Assembly: GCA_963664015.2 (NCBI GenBank)
Contig: CAXXLF010000001.1
Span: 1,024,001-1,088,000 of the forward strand
DNA: 64,000 nucleotides
From: Candidatus Binatia bacterium
Lineage (GTDB): Bacteria > Desulfobacterota > Binatia > UBA9968 > CAXXLF01
Reading direction: 5' to 3'
Shown here piece by piece: positions 40,935 to 49,800 of the stretch (positions within the stretch are counted from its first letter, which is position 1; every line of letters starts with the position of its first letter). The position numbers were made by a program, and so were the translations under genes. The notes under the pieces are model-generated. The model was not told where the DNA came from, did no database searches, and saw only the letters and a list, made by a program, of their open reading frames with translations.

Positions 40935-42353
40935 ATGAAGGGTGCAAAGGTTCAAGGTTTACAGGAATTTTTAACGACGTACGAAGAGGCGTATCCAAAC
41001 ATGGTGGTGCATGTGCACCAGGAAGTGGATGCCCGTTACGACGCAGCGGCCATCGCCCTCAAAGCACAGAAGGAGCTTCGCGAAGCCCCCGTCTTTATCT
41101 TGCACAAACTTCGCACCATTACCGGGAAGATCTCACCCTTTCCGGTCGTTTTGAACCTCTTTGCATCCAGACAGCGTTCCGCCTTCGCCGTCGGATCGAC
41201 CTTTGAAACACTGGGCTGTGACCTGTACGAGATGCGCTCGAAACGAATCAAGCCGGTGGTGGTAAACCGCAGCGAGGCGTCGGTAAAACAAGTGGTCAAG
41301 ACCGGCGATTCCGCAAATCTGGAAGAGATCCCGGGCCTCGTCCATGCCGCTTGGGATCCGGGACCCTACGTGTCAGCGGGTTATTTAACCACTTACGACC
41401 CGGATACGGGTATCGACAACTGCGCATTGCAGCGGGGATGGCTTTACGACAAGAAGGAGCTCCGAATTTTTCCCAATCGTGCCAGCCATAACCGATGGAA
41501 CATTAACAAGTGGGAGGAACGGGGCGAAAACGCAAAGGTCGCCTATTGGGCCGGGCACCACCCTGCCGTATGCATGGGGGCGGAGGCTAAGATGGGATAC
41601 CCGCTGAGTCATTGGGATGCGGCTGGTGGCTGTATCGATGAACCGTTGCGGCTGGTGCCATCGGAGACGTTGGGAGACGACTTCCTCGTCCCCGCCGATG
41701 CCGAGTTCGTGATTGAGGGAGTCGTCCCCAAGGGAAAACTCAAGCCTGAAGGACCCTTTGGAGAATACACCCGGTACTTCGGCGCCCAACGGCTGAATCC
41801 CTATATGGAGGTGACCTGCATCAGCCATCGGAAGAATGCCCACTGGGTATCGATTCTCACAGGTTACGCAGACGATCAGATTGGCGCGTTACGCAGGGAA
41901 GGAAGCGTTTTCTCTGCGGTCCAAAGAGTGGTGCCGCAGATCAAACATGTTTACCGCCCGATGCCCGCGCCGCATCATATGTACATTCAGATCCGAAAGA
42001 CCCACGACTCCCAGCCGCGCATGGCGATCATGGCGGCGCTATCATTGCCCGATGGAGTGAAACACGTCTTCGTTTTTGACGAGGATGTGGATATCTTCGA
42101 TGAGCAGGAAGTCCAGTGGGCCATCGATACCCGGTCCGACTGGGCCAAGGACCTGATCGTTGTCCCCAACCTCCATGCCAGCAACCTGGATCCGTCCACG
42201 ACCGGCGGTGGCCTGGGAACAAGGGCGGGGATTGACTGCACCATACCGTGTCCACCGGCAGTGTACGAGCAGCGCTCGTTTATTCCGCAGGAGGTCATGG
42301 ACAGGATCAAACTTGCGGATTATCTACCTAATGGAAAAGGAAACAATCGTTGA
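40935..42353 (+). CDS. UbiD-family decarboxylase (paralog B)
   Basis: Long identical peptide blocks with 38061-39464; EGPFGEYTRYF. Confidence 0.9.
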   Translation: MKGAKVQGLQEFLTTYEEAYPNMVVHVHQEVDARYDAAAIALKAQKELREAPVFILHKLRTITGKISPFPVVLNLFASRQRSAFAVGSTFETLGCDLYEMRSKRIKPVVVNRSEASVKQVVKTGDSANLEEIPGLVHAAWDPGPYVSAGYLTTYDPDTGIDNCALQRGWLYDKKELRIFPNRASHNRWNINKWEERGENAKVAYWAGHHPAVCMGAEAKMGYPLSHWDAAGGCIDEPLRLVPSETLGDDFLVPADAEFVIEGVVPKGKLKPEGPFGEYTRYFGAQRLNPYMEVTCISHRKNAHWVSILTGYADDQIGALRREGSVFSAVQRVVPQIKHVYRPMPAPHHMYIQIRKTHDSQPRMAIMAALSLPDGVKHVFVFDEDVDIFDEQEVQWAIDTRSDWAKDLIVVPNLHASNLDPSTTGGGLGTRAGIDCTIPCPPAVYEQRSFIPQEVMDRIKLADYLPNGKGNNR

Positions 42354-42362
42354 GGATTAACC

Positions 42363-42530
42363 ATGGATAAAGTCAGTTATGTGACATGCCCGGGCTGCAG
42401 TCGTGATTTTTATGTGGAGCGTTCCGAGTATGCAGGGCATCCGGAAGCGCCCTGCCAGTGCCCCTTTTGCCTCCGTGAGTTCACGGCGGGAGAAGGCAAC
42501 CCGCGACCACCCCTTACAGTCAATCAATAG
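42363..42530 (+). CDS. 55-aa Zn-ribbon protein (CxxC...CxCxxC), not in ORF track
   Basis: MDKVSYVTCPGCSRDFYVERSEYAGHPEAPCQCPFCLREFTAGEGNPRPPLTVNQ*; GAGGA RBS; 9 nt after the ubiD-B stop. Confidence 0.8.
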   Translation: MDKVSYVTCPGCSRDFYVERSEYAGHPEAPCQCPFCLREFTAGEGNPRPPLTVNQ

Positions 42531-42544
42531 CCGTCGGCTTGGAC

Positions 42545-42601
42545 CGGTCCCTTCCGCTTGAAGGGGCCGAGTCTTTAGCTCGGGTAGCCGGTGCTACCCG
42601 A
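42545..42601. terminator. Twin hairpins between convergent genes
   Basis: CGGTCCCTTC-cgctt-GAAGGGGCCG and TCGGGTAGC-cggt-GCTACCCGA. Confidence 0.55.
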
Positions 42602-42607
42602 TAAGAG

Positions 42608-43723
42608 TTAGCTTGCCTGGTAATTCCACTCGTAATCGACGTTTTGGTATGCCTCTTGGGGCATCAGGGACTTGAGTCCCTTGCGTGCGAGTTCTTCGTC
42701 GAATTTTTCACGGATCCAGGGGTCTTCGTTAGGGTACTCGATTTGATCGTTTCTCCGGTCCTCTACCCTCTCGCTGTAGCCGCTTAGACCCTTGGGGGTG
42801 CGAAGCGCCAGGTACCTCGCCACTGCCGAGGTGACGTTGAAGTGCTGGTGCAACCACCGATTGGGTGGCACGAAGACACTTCCCTCATGCCAGGGAATAA
42901 CGATCTTTTCCTTCCCCTCTTGCCACATGATGGAGTACCCTTCGCCCGACGGAATAACGATGACCACTCCCGGGCCATGGCGATGCGCTTTTTTATAACT
43001 TTGAGCGGGAAAAACCGACATGTGTGAACAAATCGTCGCGTTGGGGAATCGGATATGGACAACCTTGCTTCCCCCTCCCCGTCCGGTTTGATTGTTGAGC
43101 TTGTCCCAACTACGCATGTCGGGAAAGAAATTCCCATACCAGATATCCCGATTTGTTAACCCCCCTATCCCGCCCTGGATCCTTTTGGCCTGGGAGTAAA
43201 AATCTTCATCATGCCCGTTGGTCTTACCAAAGTCTGCCGCAAAGGAATTCTGAAAAAAGAAATTAGGATCCGGTGTAACGGACATGGCCACAGGTAGGTA
43301 GTTGTAATGGAGGAGCCTTGCGGGACTGTTACCTTGCATATTGCTTAGCTGTCGAAAGGTGTTACGAGGGATCAGGAACATGCTGTGCTTCTGCCACTCG
43401 AAGGACTTTTTGGCTTCTCCCTCAGTGCCCCACACAGTAGTAACCCCACGCCCTTCGGCGACGTATACAACCTCATCCAGAGCGAAACGTAATGGGGGAA
43501 GAGTTTTGCCTGCCGGGATTTCCGTCACCCGGGCCTCACTGATCCCCTCCTGCCCGGTCAGCCTTAAAAAAGCGGCCTGGCACTGACGCTCCTCCCACCA
43601 GCCCAGCTCCAAGGTCCTGATATCCTCGACATAGTAGCCTGCGTGAATCGGGACGCCCTGCGATTGGACCCAATGCTCATAAGGATCCATCAGGTTTGTT
43701 AAATCTAACCTATCGTTGGCCAT
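42608..43723 (-). CDS. Bicupin protein, paralog of 39510-40625
   Basis: YEHWVQSQGVPIH..EDIRTLELGWW; KAHRHGPG..WLHQHFN. Start MANDRL (43723); the longer ORF extension overlaps the divergent SBP gene. Confidence 0.8.
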   Translation of the reverse strand: MANDRLDLTNLMDPYEHWVQSQGVPIHAGYYVEDIRTLELGWWEERQCQAAFLRLTGQEGISEARVTEIPAGKTLPPLRFALDEVVYVAEGRGVTTVWGTEGEAKKSFEWQKHSMFLIPRNTFRQLSNMQGNSPARLLHYNYLPVAMSVTPDPNFFFQNSFAADFGKTNGHDEDFYSQAKRIQGGIGGLTNRDIWYGNFFPDMRSWDKLNNQTGRGGGSKVVHIRFPNATICSHMSVFPAQSYKKAHRHGPGVVIVIPSGEGYSIMWQEGKEKIVIPWHEGSVFVPPNRWLHQHFNVTSAVARYLALRTPKGLSGYSERVEDRRNDQIEYPNEDPWIREKFDEELARKGLKSLMPQEAYQNVDYEWNYQAS

Positions 43724-43986
43724 ACATTTCCCCCCTATGTTTCTTTTAATTAGCGATATTGAAATGGATTTGTCAACTTGGCCTTCCTTTCGATACCCAG
43801 ACACCATGGCAGAGTGATTCGTTTTGAAAACCCAAGATCCCTGCAAGTTGACTACAGCCGCGCTTTTATCTGCTTGACTTTGCACTCGTCCATATAATAA
43901 GAAAGACAAAATAATAAGAGAGAGAAACCTAGTTTTTCCAATGAAATCGACAATTTCCATATATCCATGAGAGCATAAATCCACCG

Positions 43987-45084
43987 ATGAGCAAAACAAA
44001 AGCATTGATGGGGTTTATCTTGATACTCTTTTTTACCGGCACAGCTTTTTCTGCCTCGCTGCCAAAATCGACACAGGACCTGTTGAAGCAATTTGATCTC
44101 GACCCCGCCTTGCTGGCAGACATCGACCAGGAGCTGGCGGTCCCCAAGAAATGGATTGAGGAGGCAAAAAAGGAAGGTAAGTTAAGAATTCGGTCTACGC
44201 CGGCCCGACCGGACGACCTGAGAACCCTCCTGGGTCCATTCAAAGCGCGCTATCCGTTCATTGACGTCGAGTTTTCCGGGACCAACCAGCAAACTCGTTC
44301 TGTCCGGACGCTGATGGCCTACAAGAGTGGACGCATCCTCGCAGATTTTATGAACAGTATTGGTGGCTTCATGCATGAATACAAAGCGGCCAACGCTCTC
44401 GAAAATCTTAATGACATCCCGGGCGTCCAACGTATCGCCGAAAAGGCCAAAGACCCCACTGGTGAGTGGTCGGGAATCAACCAGAACTACTGGTGTATAT
44501 CGTACAATACGAGGCTGCTAAAATCCGAAGACCTTCCGAAAAAATGGGAAGATCTTTTGACCAACTCCAAGTTCCACAATGGGAACCTGGCCCTGGGCAA
44601 TCGACCCCAGCTTATCTTTGTGGCTTTATGGGCAGCGAAAGGTGAAAAGTGGACCAAAGACTTTATCTATAGGCTGTTTACTGAAGTCAAACCTCAGTTA
44701 CGCAAGGAAGGCATGAACCTGCTTCCCCAGTTGGTGGCAGCCGGCGAATTCAACGCAGCCATGCCATCCAATAACAAGCGTCCCTACCAGCTCAAGCTTA
44801 ATGGAGCGCCCGTCGGTTTCACCTGTCCTGAACCCGTCCCCACATCTACGGAAGATTCCATAATTTTGAAAGGCGGCAATACGGCCACGGCCAAGATCTT
44901 TCTAAATTGGCTTTTAAGCAAGGAGGGTCAGATCGCCCAATATGCTTTTGAATACGCAACCCCGCTGAACGATCAACTCCGCGCCAAGCTCCTTCCCTTT
45001 TCCGACCAGATTCTGGGCAGGGAGAATAGCTTTCGAGACCGCGACTTTGAGATGAAGATCATGCCGGACCTCTCAAAGTTCTGA
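43987..45084 (+). CDS. ABC transporter substrate-binding protein (FbpA-like)
   Basis: Signal peptide; EEAKKEGKL, ISYNT, PKKWEDLL, AKIFLNWLLSKEGQ. Confidence 0.85.
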   Translation: MSKTKALMGFILILFFTGTAFSASLPKSTQDLLKQFDLDPALLADIDQELAVPKKWIEEAKKEGKLRIRSTPARPDDLRTLLGPFKARYPFIDVEFSGTNQQTRSVRTLMAYKSGRILADFMNSIGGFMHEYKAANALENLNDIPGVQRIAEKAKDPTGEWSGINQNYWCISYNTRLLKSEDLPKKWEDLLTNSKFHNGNLALGNRPQLIFVALWAAKGEKWTKDFIYRLFTEVKPQLRKEGMNLLPQLVAAGEFNAAMPSNNKRPYQLKLNGAPVGFTCPEPVPTSTEDSIILKGGNTATAKIFLNWLLSKEGQIAQYAFEYATPLNDQLRAKLLPFSDQILGRENSFRDRDFEMKIMPDLSKF

Positions 45085-45295
45085 AGTAAACTGTGGCTTA
45101 GCGGGGGTGGCGCCGCCAGACGATGACGATCAGTCGGATCGGAACCACAATAGCAACTGAACTGGGAATGGGATCTAGCGCGGCGGCACTGCTGCTACCG
45201 TGACGCCCCCTCTGGGCCACTAGCATGACGACCTTGACGGTTGTCGATGGGAGCACTTGGCTTCCACCGACATTTGGGTTAAGGGAAAGAGTACT

Positions 45296-46396
45296 ATGAT
45301 AAGTATCGAAAATCTTCACATGCGCTACCGGTCAGAGATGGGGGAGGTCCATGCCGTCCGCGGGATCAATATCAATGTGAAACCGGGGCAGTTCTATACC
45401 ATGCTGGGACCCAGTGGATGCGGCAAGACCTCTACCTTGAGATCGGTAGCGGGCCTGGAGACCCCCGACGAAGGGGAAATCACCATTGGGGATGCATTGG
45501 TCTTTTCATCTTCCAAGGGTATCAACGTTCCTCCTTACAAACGGGATATCGGTATGGTGTTCCAATCCTACGCCATCTGGCCTCACATGACCGTGTACAG
45601 CAACGTCGCATTTCCTCTCGAGGAGATGGGTCGTAAATTCAACTCGGCAGAAATACGGGAGAAGGTCCTAACGGCACTGTCTCTTGTTCAATTGGACGGT
45701 TTGGAAGACCGTCCTGCACCCTTTTTAAGTGGCGGCCAGCAACAGAGGCTGGCCCTGGCACGGGCGCTGGTCAAAGAGCCACGGGTCTTACTGCTGGATG
45801 AGCCCTTGAGTAACTTGGATGCAAAGCTCCGGGAAGAAACACGCCTGGAGGTGAGGGAGTTGGTCAACCGACTCGGCATTACGACGCTCTATGTGACCCA
45901 TGATCAGCTCGAGGCGTTGACCATGTCCGATGTTGTAGCCGTAATGAACCAAGGGGAGATCATCCAGGAAGCCCCACCCAACGAAATCTATCAAGCACCG
46001 ACAGAACGCTTTGTTGCTAATTTCATCGGTCTGGCAAATTTTCTGGAGGGCGAGGTCAATGCGCTTCCCAGTAACGGGCAAGGCTTCGGCGAGGTCAAAA
46101 CCTCTGGCGGCATCATGAGATGCACGCTCCCAGATGGAGTTGGGATCGGAGAAAAGGTCGTCATCCTCGTACGTCCGGAGGACGCCAATCTAGTAGACAG
46201 CTCCTCTACAATCCAGGGCAACGTACTCAATGCCAGCGTCGATGCGGTTATATACATGGGGGACACCCTGGAGTGCCGGGTCATCACGGGGGGACAGACG
46301 ATAAAGATCAAACTTCACCCCTCCTCCACGCTGGCCCGGGGCGACACCGTGCGCTTGGAACTTCCACCGAGCCGCTGTCGCGCAATCAAAGCTTGA
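45296..46396 (+). CDS. ABC transporter ATP-binding protein (FbpC/PotA-like, TOBE domain)
   Basis: GPSGCGKT, LSGGQQQR, LLLDEPLSNLD, VTHDQ. Confidence 0.93.
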   Translation: MISIENLHMRYRSEMGEVHAVRGININVKPGQFYTMLGPSGCGKTSTLRSVAGLETPDEGEITIGDALVFSSSKGINVPPYKRDIGMVFQSYAIWPHMTVYSNVAFPLEEMGRKFNSAEIREKVLTALSLVQLDGLEDRPAPFLSGGQQQRLALARALVKEPRVLLLDEPLSNLDAKLREETRLEVRELVNRLGITTLYVTHDQLEALTMSDVVAVMNQGEIIQEAPPNEIYQAPTERFVANFIGLANFLEGEVNALPSNGQGFGEVKTSGGIMRCTLPDGVGIGEKVVILVRPEDANLVDSSSTIQGNVLNASVDAVIYMGDTLECRVITGGQTIKIKLHPSSTLARGDTVRLELPPSRCRAIKA

Positions 46397-46441
46397 GGTC
46401 CCCCATCCCAAAGGGGATATACCAACCCCATTGCACTGACG

Positions 46442-46576
46442 ATGTTGACTCACCAGGAAAATGAGCTACTCACTCGCGTCGGGCCCGGCACACCCGGGGG
46501 CCGGATGCTCCGCTGCTACTGACAATCTGCACTTCTGTCCGAAGACCTTCCTAAGAAAGGAAACCCCAAAGCCGTG
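46442..46576 (+). pseudogene. N-terminal remnant of a phthalate-dioxygenase/LigX-type Rieske oxygenase
   Basis: MLTHQENELLTRVGPGTPGGRMLRCY*QSALLSEDLP..PKAV matches the family N-terminus (LRRYWQP). TGA at 46520-46522 replaces Trp; remainder missing. Confidence 0.75.
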
Positions 46577-46626
46577 TGGAGGTGGACTAGCGAATCTCCG
46601 GTAGAGACTTTCCCCGCGGCACATCC

Positions 46627-47727
46627 TCATCCCCCGCTTTGGTTCAGAGGCATGAGTCTGGTGGTGATGCCGTTTTTTTCCAGCTCCCGATAGTATTCTT
46701 CGCGGATTGTCGGATCTTCCATCTCATAGGTGATGTTGAAAGCCCACGCTTGACGGTCTTTACTCTGGGCACTACTCGAAACGATCTCGTAATCTCGGCC
46801 CCACCCATAGCGGCTGCCAAAGCCTCGGAATGCCAGCATTCGGAACGGCCCCTTGCCCGTATTCAGGTGCTGGTGAAATTCATTGTGCACAGGCGCCACG
46901 ACGGAATAAGGTTTGAGGGGTATCTTGCGTCGATTCTTCTCCTCCTCGGTCATAAAGAGCAGTTCGTAGCCCTCTCCCTGGATCACGATCACATGGGCAT
47001 TGGGACCATGGCGGTGCGCCGTCATATAGGTCCCTTCAACAATCTCGTTGACATGCATGCCCATGGAAGTCGCGGCCATGGAAAGCTGGATCACTGTGTG
47101 GCGTATTCCACGGATCGGGTTATCATCCAAGGGCAGGGTTCTAATATCCGGAATAAAGTTCGTCTCTAGTATTCGATGCTCCCAATGAATTCCTTCATCA
47201 CCAAAGACACTGTGCATGGCATGGGAATAACGGTCTTTGAACGAAAAAGGGTTATTAAATATGAAGTCCAGGTTGTGATAAAAGTTGATCGCATAGGCCA
47301 TGTTGGTCCCAAAGAGAAACCGGCACGGCTCATCGGCGGAACTGTTGAACTCCTGATGCCACGCGTTGAGGGGGATGGCGAGGAGGGCCCCTTCTTCCCA
47401 TTCAACGGTTTGTTTTGGTTCCCCTTCCTGCCATATCGTGGTAGCGCCCCTCCCCTTCATGACATACATGATCGCATCATAGACATGATGCTCCGGCTTG
47501 AGCTGTCCCTTGGGAGGGATCTCTACTATCTGAAGATTGTAGTTCTCTTGATCTCCCAAACGGGTGTATGCGGCCTTTCCGCCCCGTCTCTCCCAGTCCG
47601 CGACGGGCAGCGTGGCAAGGTCCTCGAGGGCACTGCCTTCGTATAGTGGGACCCCTTCACTTTTGACAAAGTCCTGATAGGAACTCTTGACATACCAGTC
47701 TTTAAAACCCTGAAGCGCCTTAGACAT
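46627..47727 (-). CDS. Bicupin protein (same family as 39510 and 42608), both sites His-containing
   Basis: PEHHVYD..WHQEFN and TAHRHGP..FHQHLN. Confidence 0.8.
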   Translation of the reverse strand: MSKALQGFKDWYVKSSYQDFVKSEGVPLYEGSALEDLATLPVADWERRGGKAAYTRLGDQENYNLQIVEIPPKGQLKPEHHVYDAIMYVMKGRGATTIWQEGEPKQTVEWEEGALLAIPLNAWHQEFNSSADEPCRFLFGTNMAYAINFYHNLDFIFNNPFSFKDRYSHAMHSVFGDEGIHWEHRILETNFIPDIRTLPLDDNPIRGIRHTVIQLSMAATSMGMHVNEIVEGTYMTAHRHGPNAHVIVIQGEGYELLFMTEEEKNRRKIPLKPYSVVAPVHNEFHQHLNTGKGPFRMLAFRGFGSRYGWGRDYEIVSSSAQSKDRQAWAFNITYEMEDPTIREEYYRELEKNGITTRLMPLNQSGG

Positions 47728-47831
47728 CCGATCGTTCCTCTATGCTTTTTTTGTCACGGTGGCAATGCAATCCCAAATCAACCCGCCTATCTGCCTTCGC
47801 CGAAAAGCTGGGACTAAGGGTTGTAAAATCT

Positions 47832-48338
47832 TCATTTGTTCATCTGGCCATCGTAGTCCGGGCGACATTTTTTCATGATTGCACGCAAATCCTGCCTTAG
47901 CTCTTCAACCGTTGCCCGTCCCACAGACCAATGGCCGTTGTATAGATTGTGGATGGTTAGGTCCGGCATTAGAGAAAAGGTATAAGGGATGGCTTCCGCG
48001 TTGCCGTGTTTCGAGACATGCCGAATATCGAGCTGCTTGATCGCCGTCTCGCCCTGATCGCTCAAGAAAGGGAAGGTTGCTCCCAGACCTGTTTTAAAAG
48101 CAGCACTCACTTCTGGCTTATCACAGCTGATAACCGCCAGCTTGCAATAGCCTACGCGTAATTCTTCTTGGATCTCTGTCAGGTACCGTAACTGCACCTG
48201 GCATTTAGGTCACCAATAGGCCCGATAAAACGCTACGATTAGCGGGAACCCCCCTGATAATTCGGACAATTTGACATTTTTCCCCTCTTCGTCCGGTAAT
48301 TCCAAATCCGGGAAACGTTTTCCGATTTCTTGGTTCAT
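47832..48338 (-). CDS. Selenocysteine-containing AhpC/TSA (peroxiredoxin-like) redoxin, 168 aa, UxxC
   Basis: MNQEIGKRFPDLELPDEEGKNVKLSEL..VAFYRAYW-TGA-PKCQVQL continues in frame into ORF 47832-48197. GGAGG RBS; TGA (48210-48212) sits at the active-site Cys position. Confidence 0.88.
48180..48200 (-). promoter_or_regulatory. Putative bacterial SECIS element
   Basis: mRNA CAGGUGC-AGUUACG-GUACCUG hairpin starts 9 nt after UGA; the loop begins 16 nt after UGA and has G at loop position 2. Confidence 0.75.
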
Positions 48339-48519
48339 GAAACAACCTCCTGGGCTCTAAGACTTCTGCTGGGTGCTACTCCGGTTAGCCCGCAATCAAT
48401 GACCGGCACGGGTTGACTGGAAAGCCTCACTGACCGGCTATCCAGCATCCAAACCATCCGGTGGTGATTGCCGAATCCGGTCTGACGGTCACCGTTGACT
48501 AAAAATACGTGAGACGTTC

Positions 48520-48903
48520 CTAGAGAACGGCAACCACTTCGATCTGGAAGTAATTATTTCCCCGTAGATCAATTTTTATAGCGTGGCGGGCCGGCCGATC
48601 ATCCTCATTGGGGAACATCTTGATCCATTCCTTGTTGACGTGGTCGCGATACTTTTCGTCTTTCATAAACACGGTCATATGGACAATGTGATCAGGGGTA
48701 CCTCCTGCTTTCTCCATAAAGGTTTTAAGATTCCGGAACATAGCGGCTGCCTGTTCATCCGGATCCTCAGGCGTTAGTTTTTTCTCGATATCTCGACCCG
48801 AAATCCCAGAGGAGAAAACCATATTACCGATCTTCGACCCGTTGGGAATGGGAGCACCGTGAGGCATCCCAGGTATTTCGATGGTCTGTCGTAATTTAGC
48901 CAT
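48520..48903 (-). CDS. RidA/YjgF family protein
   Basis: HGAPIPNG..GNMVFSSGISG, FP..RPARH, FQIEVVA. Confidence 0.88.
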   Translation of the reverse strand: MAKLRQTIEIPGMPHGAPIPNGSKIGNMVFSSGISGRDIEKKLTPEDPDEQAAAMFRNLKTFMEKAGGTPDHIVHMTVFMKDEKYRDHVNKEWIKMFPNEDDRPARHAIKIDLRGNNYFQIEVVAVL

Positions 48904-49513
48904 AATTAGAGTCCCCTTTCATCAATTGCAAAGTTCTCATAGGCACCGCTAGCGTGCATAGGCTCGGACGCAAATTAGCACTAGAAGGAGAACCCCGTCA
49001 ACCCCGATTCGACATCAATCTAGCCAACCGATCATCACTATCAACTCTCGTAGGATAAGAGGGGATGCCGGGTGTACCTCGATGAAGGCGAGGCCGCAGG
49101 GGACCGAGGTCAAAACCTCACCCCTATGGTGATCGGTTGTATGGGTCTCGTCCGAAGGGAATCTCCCAGCTGTGAGTCGGAACATCGAGCGGAGGTGACA
49201 AGTGGAATTTCAATGGTGAGAGTCGAAATCACTATGCCAAAACGATTTCAGAAGCCAATCCTGCTCTCCATTATATCCGCCTTCGCAAAAGACCATGGAT
49301 GGATGCGACGGCCGAAGCTCCAGGGGCACCCGGCCGTCGCATCCGAAACGGCTGCTTCGGCCGATTCCGCCGAAGAGAAAGATGGACCCACGGGCGAAAG
49401 CCCGTGGAGGCTTCACTTCAGGAAGGGCTTCTTGCCACTTGACAGGCCCCAAGGGATGAGGCAAGATACCGTCGCTTGGCAGGCGATTGGCGCAATTTTC
49501 CGCGGTGCCCGTT

Positions 49514-49702
49514 ATGAATCAACCGGACTTTCTGACGACCGAAGAAGTCGCTCAGTATTTAAAGGTGGACAAGGACACAATTAATCGACTGGTCGCGAAG
49601 GGGAAGCTGGCCGCATTCAAGGTCGGGAAGCAATGGCGCTTCAAGCGGTCTATCCTAACGCGGTGGTTAAACAGGAATAAAAGCAAACCCTCCGCTCATT
49701 AA
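49514..49702 (+). CDS. Excisionase-like HTH_17 DNA-binding protein
   Basis: FLTTEEVAQYLKV..TI.RLV..GKL.AFKVGKQWRF. Confidence 0.85.
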   Translation: MNQPDFLTTEEVAQYLKVDKDTINRLVAKGKLAAFKVGKQWRFKRSILTRWLNRNKSKPSAH

Positions 49703-49800
49703 GACCTGACCCCACACCCTTTCATTCAGGCCCGAAACTTGCAGCTTAATACTTGTGCTCTAGGCGAACCCAGCGTTTCGACTGCCCAAACTATTCGTCG

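Noticed and set aside
45082-48212. Genome-wide UGA=Trp recoding (several in-frame TGAs)
   Set aside because: Core genes (cdsA, uppS, frr, rho, pgk) end in TGA at expected positions and TGG is used normally. The cases are better explained as one Sec codon plus nonsense mutations.
49072-49584. 170-aa ORF (and 49210-49464 antisense)
   Set aside because: No recognisable motifs or RBS; overlaps the HTH gene in another frame; likely spurious.
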